A DNA stretch of 64,000 bases from a virus: positions 32,001-96,000 of the IMG/VR virus record IMGVR_UViG_3300026488_000011; one strand, given 5' to 3'. Within the stretch, counting starts at the first letter, position 1, and the number at the start of each line of letters is the position of its first letter. Shown here in pieces: positions 57,313 to 64,000 of the stretch. The position numbers and the translations under genes were made by a program. Below the pieces are notes generated by a model. That model was not told where the DNA came from, searched no databases, and was given only the letters and a program-made list of their open reading frames with translations.

Positions 57313-57456
57313 TTAACAGCCTCCATTTTCTTCTTTCTCTTCAACTTTTTTAGGGGATTCGTTCTTTCCCCCTTTTATTACGGCACAACCTATTGCCGTT
57401 ACTACTACTCCTACTGCAGCGCCTATTGCTGCAGATACTAAATCTAAATCTTTCAT
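57313..57456 (-). CDS. 47-aa single-TM early protein
   Basis: MKDLDLVSAAIGAAVGVVVTAIGCAVIKGG...; ATG at 57456 behind AAGGAG; TATATTAC at 57495-57502. Confidence 0.65.
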   Translation of the reverse strand: MKDLDLVSAAIGAAVGVVVTAIGCAVIKGGKNESPKKVEEKEENGGC

Positions 57457-57494
57457 TTTTGCTCCTTTTGTTAGTTTAGTTTTATTACATCTGA

Positions 57495-57502
57495 GTAATA
57501 TA
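57495..57502 (-). promoter_or_regulatory. early promoter box TATATTAC
   Basis: Exact phiKZ early consensus upstream of 57313-57456. Confidence 0.65.
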
Positions 57503-57541
57503 TAAACATAATGTCTTGGAATCCAGTAATAAAACACTGTA

Positions 57542-57569
57542 TGATAGGGTAGGAAATCCTACCCTATCA
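57542..57569 (-). terminator. terminator hairpin
   Basis: 13-bp stem TGATAGGGTAGGA/TCCTACCCTATCA. Confidence 0.7.
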
Positions 57570-57794
57570 CATACCGAATAAGTTTTTAATAATCATACTG
57601 TCTTTAACGAAAACTAAGTAAGTTAGCAATGCCAGTACCACTAGATTTATTCCTAATGCTACCAAATCATAGAGAAGAGTTTGTCTCATATCCAAGTCAA
57701 GAATTATCTTTAGTTTATCTAACTTTGCTTTAATAGATCTTATTTCCGTAACTATCGCCAATATAGTCAAAGCCCAAATCAAGAAATATATCAT
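57567..57794 (-). CDS. small membrane protein (2 TM)
   Basis: 75 aa with two hydrophobic segments and AAGGAG RBS. Confidence 0.7.
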   Translation of the reverse strand: MIYFLIWALTILAIVTEIRSIKAKLDKLKIILDLDMRQTLLYDLVALGINLVVLALLTYLVFVKDSMIIKNLFGM

Positions 57795-58107
57795 AACTTT
57801 CTCCTTTTATTTCCGCGATTCTAAAATATATCTCTCTCTCAGAAATCTATTCACTTTCTAATCTTCAAGAAGCTTTATATCATCACTGGATTATACATCA
57901 AAATACTTGTCATAGTCTATTCCACTAGTCTACTTCTGTGTGATTATTTAACGATCATCTAGACGAATTATTCACTCTCTTGCGCATGCATGATAACTCT
58001 CATCTATTTCCTCTCAAGCAATATAGCCCATCGGTAAAAAACAATGACCGTTTAAACAATCTAATCACTCACTAGCACTTGCTCTAAGTTATTTCTCAAA
58101 TAATCAC

Positions 58108-58172
58108 TAGATCAATTTCTTTTTCTTTCAACGGAAAGAAAACTTTTTCTGAAAGAAAAAGAAATTGATCTA
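58108..58172. repeat. 23-bp perfect inverted repeat
   Basis: TAGATCAATTTCTTTTTCTTTCA (58108-58130) / TGAAAGAAAAAGAAATTGATCTA (58150-58172). Confidence 0.9.
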
Positions 58173-58272
58173 AACAAACTCAACTGAGAGAATTCTCTCA
58201 AAAGAATTCTCTCTAACCGATAGGACATGCTAGGATCTCTACCCGATCTAGATGAAATTTACTTTCTTTTTG

Positions 58273-58314
58273 GAGTATATTATATATTCTCTTAAGAGAA
58301 TATATAATATACTC
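58273..58314. repeat. perfect 42-bp palindrome
   Basis: GAGTATATTATATATTCTCTT/AAGAGAATATATAATATACTC with no loop. Confidence 0.9.
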
Positions 58315-58357
58315 TTTTTCTTTGTTAATTAAATAGTAACACAGATTAGTAATAGAT

Positions 58358-58411
58358 GCTATAGATACGAGTATAATATAACTAAAGTTATATTATACTC
58401 GTATCTATAGC
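58358..58411. repeat. 54-bp palindrome (26-bp arms, 2-nt spacer)
   Basis: GCTATAGATACGAGTATAATATAACT-AA-AGTTATATTATACTCGTATCTATAGC. Confidence 0.9.
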
Positions 58412-58931
58412 CCTATAATAATTTAACAGATTTATTTTTTCTTTTTCTTTTTTTGCTTCTTTTTTTCTTTTTCTTTTTTGCGAAATCTATTCCTTGAGAG
58501 AAATCAAGAAGACGAAAGCATATCTATCCCAGGCAAAGAAGAGGAGAAGCATAAGGCAAGGTAGTGATTAGAGTCTGGAGAAACAGTTACTTACAAGACG
58601 GAATTGAAGAAGTTCACTTTTTTTACCTTGTTCATGTTTTACTATGACGGTGGATAGAGAAGAAGCAAAAGAGTCTTATAGATCTTAAATTTCGCATGGT
58701 TTAGTTTAGCCCGCACCGCTTAGCTGCTAAGGATTTAATTATAGACATTTGCGTACCTCCTTTTGTTTGGTTTTTATTAATACTTTTTGATTTTTGATTT
58801 TGTCGGTTATTCGGATTATTCAGAGTTTAATGTAGTGCCCGATAGGAAAAGCAACATAGATTTTACTCTATCCATCGTCAATCAAGTTTCACCTCCTTTG
58901 TTTGGTTTGCATAGCGACTCTTGGTAAATGA

Positions 58932-58961
58932 ATAGACACTAGGTATCTACCTAGTGTCTAT
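58932..58961. terminator. hairpin upstream of terL
   Basis: 14-bp stem ATAGACACTAGGTA/TACCTAGTGTCTAT. Confidence 0.55.
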
Positions 58962-59010
58962 CCGTATTTTTTGGCTTACCATGAAAAGATAAAATTTAAG
59001 GGAAATAGCG

Positions 59011-61146
59011 ATGATTTTGTTTTATGAAGATTGGGAAAAGTACCCAAATGCTATAGTGCACCTTAATACCAAGAACGAGTCGTTTATAAGGATAGCTAAA
59101 CTATTAAAACATATGGGAATAAAAAACCATGCTTTTATGTTAGCGCTACATAATCCATTATTAAAAGATATTGATCCTCATGATCCTAATCTTACTCTAG
59201 AAGAGAAATTAATGATTGGTGAGGAATGTAAAGTTAACTTTTGGTATTATATTAGAGAAGTAGCTAGAGTATCTCCTCCTGCAGGTAGCCAACCAATTCA
59301 ATTCAGAGCCAATAGAGCTAATATAGCTCTTTTCTGGCTGTTCTTTAACCATATCACATCTTATCTGATACAGCCAAGACAGACTGGTAAATCTATCTCA
59401 GTTGCTGAATTATTAGGTTGGGTAGCTGATTTAGGTACTACTAATACAGATACATCTATTCTTACTAAAGACGACAAGCTAAGAGCTAAGACATCTCTCA
59501 CTATCAGAGAGATAATCGAGATCTTACCAACGTATTTAGTATTCCTTACTAAGAAGGATGTAAAAAACTCCGAGAAGATTACAGTTAAATTCTGGAATAA
59601 TATTATAAACTTGTATGTAGGTAGAACAGATCCTAAAGCTGCTGATAACGTAGGTAGGGGTATGACAACTCCTATTGTAAACATTGATGAGTTTGCTTAT
59701 ATTCCAAATATTGATATCACATTACCAGTTATCCTGGCAGCTACTACAGCGGCTAGGGAAGTTGCTGAGCAACAAGGTGTACCGTATGGTACAATCTTTA
59801 CCACAACAGCAGGTAAGTTGAATACTAAGGAAGGTAGATTTGCCTACGATGTTTATAAGTCTGCTATGAGATGGACAGAACATCTATATGATTGTAAAAA
59901 TAGAAAAGAGTTAGAAGATGTTGTTTCCAAAAATACGAGTAAATTAGGTAAGAGAAGTTCTAGAGTAGTATTGTTAGAGTTTAACCATAGACAACTCGGG
60001 TATACGGATGCTTGGTTAAGAGAGAGAATGTCTGCAGCCTTAGCAGAAGGTGAAGATGCTGAATGTGATTACTTAAATAAGTGGTTAGCTGGTAATATGA
60101 GCTCTCCTCTTAGTAAAGAACTGTTAGAGATTATTAGAAACAGTATGGTTAAAAATCCTAATACTAAAATTACAGAATATGGGTACGTGGTAAGATGGTT
60201 TATTAGTGATAACAGAATAGGAGAATATAAAGCTGGTAAACCTATGGTGATTGCGTTAGATACATCAGATGCTGTAGGTAATGACGACATAGCTATGGTA
60301 ATCAGAGATGTGGAAACAGGTGAAGTCTTAGCAGCAGGCAATTATAACGAAACCAACTTAATCACCTTCGCTGATTTTATAGCTAACTTATTGGAAGAGT
60401 TTCCTAATTCTGTTTTGATACCAGAGAGAAGATCTTCTGCTGTAGTAATAATAGATTATCTATTAAGATTATTATTTAACAAGGGTATAAATCCATTTAA
60501 GAAAATTTTTAACTGGGTATACGACGAACCTGAAAAGTATAAAGACAAATACCCAGATGTATTTAGTAAAAAGGTACATGATTTTGAAACTATTACTGCA
60601 TTAAAGAAATATTTTGGATTCGCTACCAGCGGGACAGGTAAGACATCTAGATCGTTACTATATGGAAACGTACTAGCAGCTTCCGCTAAATATACAGGAG
60701 ATAAGACTAGAGATCCTGTCCTGATAGAACAGATTTCATCACTTACTGTTAGAAATGGTAGAATAGATCATACCGCTACTGGTAAAGACGATATGGTAAT
60801 AGCTTGGCTGTTAGGTTATTGGTTTCTTACTAATTCTAACAATAAACAACTCTACGGAATCAACCCTGATACTGTATTAAAATCATTGGTGGATATAGAG
60901 ATTATGAAAGAGGCAAATGTAGATAAAAACTACATAATTGAACAGAACAAACTAAGAAAAGAGATAGAAAACCTATTCAATATTCTTAAGAAAACAAATA
61001 ACGAATTTGTAGCTATTAAGACTCTAAACAAAATTAAACAATTAGAATCTAAATTGGATGTTAAGGTAGTCAAAAACTTTAATATAGATGCTATGTTAAG
61101 TGAGTTAAAAATTATGAAAAAAATAAGTAAGTATAGAAAGGGGTAG
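59011..61146 (+). CDS. terL: terminase large subunit (phiKZ gp25-like)
   Basis: Walker A PRQTGKS, Walker B NIDEFAY, coupling motif TTTAG, nuclease acidic residues DTSDAVGND and DDMVIAW. Confidence 0.95.
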   Translation: MILFYEDWEKYPNAIVHLNTKNESFIRIAKLLKHMGIKNHAFMLALHNPLLKDIDPHDPNLTLEEKLMIGEECKVNFWYYIREVARVSPPAGSQPIQFRANRANIALFWLFFNHITSYLIQPRQTGKSISVAELLGWVADLGTTNTDTSILTKDDKLRAKTSLTIREIIEILPTYLVFLTKKDVKNSEKITVKFWNNIINLYVGRTDPKAADNVGRGMTTPIVNIDEFAYIPNIDITLPVILAATTAAREVAEQQGVPYGTIFTTTAGKLNTKEGRFAYDVYKSAMRWTEHLYDCKNRKELEDVVSKNTSKLGKRSSRVVLLEFNHRQLGYTDAWLRERMSAALAEGEDAECDYLNKWLAGNMSSPLSKELLEIIRNSMVKNPNTKITEYGYVVRWFISDNRIGEYKAGKPMVIALDTSDAVGNDDIAMVIRDVETGEVLAAGNYNETNLITFADFIANLLEEFPNSVLIPERRSSAVVIIDYLLRLLFNKGINPFKKIFNWVYDEPEKYKDKYPDVFSKKVHDFETITALKKYFGFATSGTGKTSRSLLYGNVLAASAKYTGDKTRDPVLIEQISSLTVRNGRIDHTATGKDDMVIAWLLGYWFLTNSNNKQLYGINPDTVLKSLVDIEIMKEANVDKNYIIEQNKLRKEIENLFNILKKTNNEFVAIKTLNKIKQLESKLDVKVVKNFNIDAMLSELKIMKKISKYRKG

Positions 61147-61166
61147 TAGGTCTATGCCTACTACCC
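61141..61166. terminator. bidirectional terminator
   Basis: GGGTAGTAGG/CCTACTACCC stem containing the TAG stops of both convergent genes. Confidence 0.75.
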
Positions 61167-61316
61167 TCTCTTTATCTTACGTTCAGACCATACCATGTAT
61201 GCATGGAGCAGCAGGAAGGCTACTAGCCATGCTATCATAGCAACCATGTCTGAATTAGATTCTACTCCTATCAGAGTAGCTAATAAGCCTAAAACTATTA
61301 AAACTAAAATGTCCAT
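61161..61316 (-). CDS. 51-aa 2-TM membrane protein (holin/pinholin candidate)
   Basis: MDILVLIVLGLLATLIGVESNSDMVAMIAWLVAFLLLHAYMVWSERKIKRG; GGAGG RBS; directly downstream of the transglycosylase. Confidence 0.55.
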   Translation of the reverse strand: MDILVLIVLGLLATLIGVESNSDMVAMIAWLVAFLLLHAYMVWSERKIKRG

Positions 61317-61326
61317 TTCGTCCTCC

Positions 61327-61902
61327 TCAATATCCCAGAAATTCTATACTTTTTTTCCATTTTCTAAATGCTAGTATTCTATTATATATTCTTTTAGCAT
61401 ACCAAAAATTAGGCATAGTGCCTCCATTATAACACCCCCAAATCTTTTTCCAATTCTTTCCATGTAGTTCTCTTAAATCTCTCAATTTCTTAATCGCATA
61501 AGCTAAATTGAAATCATTGTCTCTTATCAACTTCGTACGGACTTCAATCCGTCTGTATTTGTTCTTGTAGTTTAATTCATTATCTTTCATAAACCAAAAT
61601 AAGTTTATCCCCATTAAGCCGTAGTCTCCGGCCTCGTTATCTCCCCATCTGTTAAACTTACTTTCCTCCCATGCTATTGCCACACAAGTGTTCTGTAAGT
61701 CGAATTGACTACAAACTTTGTAAACCTTAGATAACCAGTAAAGTTGATCCTGAGAAAGATTCAATAATTCTTTATAATAATTCTTGAACAACACCCTATC
61801 GAATTTCACCACGCTAGGTGTGCCGATAGGTTTGTTTCTCTTGCTATAAGCATTGCTTGCTAGTAATCCTATTATGGATAAAACTAATATAATGTTTTTC
61901 AT
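61327..61902 (-). CDS. soluble lytic transglycosylase (SLT) with N-terminal signal peptide; endolysin candidate
   Basis: AIAWEES (catalytic E), DYGLMGIN, N-x-x-Y-A, CYNGG motifs; hydrophobic leader MKNIILVLSIIGLLASNAYS. Confidence 0.85.
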   Translation of the reverse strand: MKNIILVLSIIGLLASNAYSKRNKPIGTPSVVKFDRVLFKNYYKELLNLSQDQLYWLSKVYKVCSQFDLQNTCVAIAWEESKFNRWGDNEAGDYGLMGINLFWFMKDNELNYKNKYRRIEVRTKLIRDNDFNLAYAIKKLRDLRELHGKNWKKIWGCYNGGTMPNFWYAKRIYNRILAFRKWKKSIEFLGY

Positions 61903-62291
61903 TTTTCCTCCTTGATAGCTTTATATCCTGTTATTATGTGTTCTTTAACCATTTCTTCAAGTGCTTCTTCTACTAGGTCTCGTATTTTGTCTATATCTTC
62001 AGTGTTTCTAAATTTTTCTATCCAAATGATTATGTCATTATTCTCTTCACAATAGATACCTAGTACTCCTTTCCAAGTATCTTTCTGTCCGAATAGATGA
62101 CATCCTAGATTTTTAGCATTAGAACTTACAGGTTGAAAATATTTTTTGTTCCATTCTAGTTTTCCATCTTCACCTTTTCTCTGTTTACAGAAATTTCTCA
62201 AATCTAATCTGAAGCTACATGGACTAGCTTTTACTCCATTGTCCAGTACCGCTGGTTTATAGCCGTTTACTTTGTATAGTATTGTTCTCAT
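61899..62291 (-). CDS. hypothetical protein
   Basis: 130 aa with AAGGAG RBS. Confidence 0.7.
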   Translation of the reverse strand: MRTILYKVNGYKPAVLDNGVKASPCSFRLDLRNFCKQRKGEDGKLEWNKKYFQPVSSNAKNLGCHLFGQKDTWKGVLGIYCEENNDIIIWIEKFRNTEDIDKIRDLVEEALEEMVKEHIITGYKAIKEEK

Positions 62292-62360
62292 TATTGCTCC
62301 TTTTTTATTTGGTTGTTTTGATCAAATGAGTAATACCTAAATGAAAAATAAAGGACGCTA

Positions 62361-62597
62361 ATGAAACGTGTTATTCTTGCAGTATTTATAACGGTTACAG
62401 GTTTATTTGGTAATATAGTCAATGTGAATAATATTTATCCTAGCGATAATGTTTGTATATTATCAAAATCTAGTGTTACTGACGATAAAGTAATTTGTTT
62501 AAATGGTATAATGTACAGAAGTATTAATGCTAAAGAATTCAAGGAACTGAAGTATCTAGATAAAACACCTATGAAATGTAATTGCATAGATAGGTAG
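62361..62597 (+). CDS. small secreted Cys-containing protein
   Basis: 78 aa with a signal-like N-terminus and 4 Cys. Confidence 0.6.
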   Translation: MKRVILAVFITVTGLFGNIVNVNNIYPSDNVCILSKSSVTDDKVICLNGIMYRSINAKEFKELKYLDKTPMKCNCIDR

Positions 62598-62616
62598 CAA
62601 TTACTACCTATCTATG
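62585..62616. terminator. bidirectional terminator
   Basis: 13-bp stem CATAGATAGGTAG/CTACCTATCTATG between convergent genes. Confidence 0.8.
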
Positions 62617-63215
62617 TCTATATTTTCTACCAAGATACTGTTTCTCTTTTTCTCTTTGAAGTCTATCTTTCCGTCTAACCAAAGATTGAAATAGTGATCC
62701 ATGTCTACTAATACAGGATTATTATTCAGTAATAATTTTATAGATTTGTTATTATCTGTATCAGATCTATAGTAGTCTTCAGGTATTACCATCTCTAGTT
62801 TCTTTTCATTCATGAGTTCTATTAAAAGTCTAGAAGAGTTATCTAAACGTCCTAAGAAATCCAAATATTTCTCCATCTTATCTTTATCGACATATTTTGT
62901 AAACCATGTTATTAGTTCATTAGTTATCTCTAATAAATCTTTCAGATTTATATAGACGGTTTCTCCAGATATTATTATACTTTCCTCTGGGAACTTATTA
63001 TGTTCTAAACTAGATAGGATATCTAAGAAAGTAAGTATAACTGAAGTAAACCTATGACGCTTTTCTATCATCGAGATTTTTATCTCAACATTACCATTCG
63101 GTAAAAGATTAATATAATCTAATTCAATAGTTTTGTTTAGCTTACTGTTTAATGTATCGGACAACTTCTTTAATTCTTTTCCTTTTAGGAATAATGACAA
63201 ACCTTTATTATCCAT
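62604..63215 (-). CDS. hypothetical protein
   Basis: 203 aa with AAGGAG RBS. Confidence 0.75.
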   Translation of the reverse strand: MDNKGLSLFLKGKELKKLSDTLNSKLNKTIELDYINLLPNGNVEIKISMIEKRHRFTSVILTFLDILSSLEHNKFPEESIIISGETVYINLKDLLEITNELITWFTKYVDKDKMEKYLDFLGRLDNSSRLLIELMNEKKLEMVIPEDYYRSDTDNNKSIKLLLNNNPVLVDMDHYFNLWLDGKIDFKEKKRNSILVENIDIDR

Positions 63216-63275
63216 TAACGCTCCTTTATTATACGTTTTTTATTCAAAATAGTAGACAAAAAAATAAAAAAGAGC

Positions 63276-63536
63276 CTACGGATGTCTAGGCTCAAGATAG
63301 CAGTTATGTGAAAACCCGCCATCCCAAGCCCAAACATCCTCTTCTCCTATGTAAACAGGATTTTTGCTGGCATTTATTTCATGCCAGCCTGTGTTGGTTT
63401 CGCATACCAACACAGTTCTTCCTGTAGAAATACTGTGTTCTGGAGAGGTACTATTTAACACACCCAGAACAACTATTATAGTGCCCAGTAAAGCCAGATA
63501 TTTGTAACCTGGCTTTTCTTTTATTCTTTTAATCAT
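63276..63536 (-). CDS. small membrane-anchored early protein
   Basis: 86 aa with an N-terminal TM segment; extended promoter motif at 63553-63574. Confidence 0.7.
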   Translation of the reverse strand: MIKRIKEKPGYKYLALLGTIIVVLGVLNSTSPEHSISTGRTVLVCETNTGWHEINASKNPVYIGEEDVWAWDGGFSHNCYLEPRHP

Positions 63537-63623
63537 TTTTACTCCTTTTGCTTTGTCTAGTTAATGATGTATAAATGAAACAGAATCCGCACTAGTAAAG
63601 AAAAAAAAGACATAGTTTAACGA

Positions 63624-64000
63624 CTATGTCTTTCTAACAAACTTATATCTTTTACCCTTATCTATATTTTTGGATTTGGGACAGAACAATCGATTAATAC
63701 CGCCAGTGATATTAGTAGACTCTTTTTCTTCTATTTCTACCAGCATTAAATTCCATTCCAAATCTTTTAACGTTTTCTCCAGAACAGTTTTCGTAATATC
63801 ATTCATTACGTAAACATTGTTTTCTAAACTAGTGTCTAGGGATAATACTGAGTCTAATAAATCCATATCCACTGTTCTCTTATCTATCTCTTCTATATCC
63901 TTCATAGTTAGTATATGATAGAGATTTAGAATTCTGCCTAATAGAAGATTAAGCATTATAGCTTTTTTAGCTTCAATTAGATATCCATCAGATCCTAGTG
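63624..64000 (-). CDS. hypothetical protein, 5'-truncated by the window edge
   Basis: The frame of the 63624-63956 ORF stays open to position 64000 (…LGSDGYLIEAKKAIMLNLL…). Confidence 0.6.
   Translation of the reverse strand, partial: LGSDGYLIEAKKAIMLNLLLGRILNLYHILTMKDIEEIDKRTVDMDLLDSVLSLDTSLENNVYVMNDITKTVLEKTLKDLEWNLMLVEIEEKESTNITGGINRLFCPKSKNIDKGKRYKFVRKT

Noticed and set aside
57125-57316. 63-aa + strand ORF (MLNKMAKEK...)
   Set aside because: Spans a terminator and the GC-rich cloverleaf; its R/S-rich composition is explained by the RNA structure; no RBS.
58108-58411. CRISPR array or protelomerase (tel) site interpretation of the palindromes
   Set aside because: No direct repeats with unique spacers; no protelomerase in the window and phiKZ-like genomes are circularly permuted; function left open.
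2930-59000. Late promoter motif (TATG/CATGA) upstream of structural genes
   Set aside because: Candidates exist (e.g. near 7589, 35378, 39198, 58980) but a 4-5 nt AT-rich motif cannot be distinguished from chance without TSS data.
11134-61146. Inteins, introns or homing endonucleases in polymerase, recombinase or terminase
   Set aside because: ORFs are continuous and of expected length, with no C...HN splice motifs or LAGLIDADG/HNH/GIY-YIG signatures seen.
360-62000. Many opposite-strand ORFs in the track (e.g. 360-587, 2513-2851, 14904-15245, 23122-23655, 25031-25369, 29980-30618, 37858-38484, 50987-51598, 55432-55914)
   Set aside because: They lie antisense to well-supported genes, are S/F/L-rich as expected for shadow frames of K/E-rich genes, and lack RBSs.

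Overview
This window is 64 kb of an AT-rich (roughly 30-33% GC by eye from sampled lines), gene-dense jumbo phage genome of the phiKZ-like, nucleus-forming type (Chimalliviridae-like). Recognised by motif: chimallin (18104-19921), PhuZ tubulin (47126-48151), the polymerase half of the split family-B DNA polymerase (11134-13302), the virion RNAP beta C-terminal subunit (29371-30045), a RecA/UvsX-like recombinase, RecJ, dNMP kinase, a MazG-like pyrophosphatase, terminase large subunit, portal, tail sheath and tube, baseplate-type proteins, internal head proteins with G-x-E maturation motifs, and a signal-peptide lytic transglycosylase. No tRNA, rRNA, CRISPR array, integrase, intein or transposase was seen. 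The most unusual signals are six. (1) A NADAR-like ORF missed by the ORF track has no ATG/GTG/TTG start and lies in the -1 frame of the DNA polymerase gene, directly behind an A_AAA_AAG slippery heptamer at the polymerase stop; a programmed frameshift could fuse an ADP-ribose eraser to the replicase. (2) A head protein joins a zincin/membrane region to a T7-gp0.7-like kinase domain behind protease-type cleavage motifs. (3) A GC-rich structured RNA with a stem-enclosed G-quadruplex motif lies upstream of the polymerase. (4) An 85-nt four-way-junction RNA lies at 57226-57310. (5) A 1.2-kb non-coding region before terL holds three long palindromes and paired SD/anti-SD repeats. (6) A dispersed family of TAGG...CCTA palindromes sits at gene ends. 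All phiKZ gp-number assignments come from remembered motifs and synteny, not from database searches.
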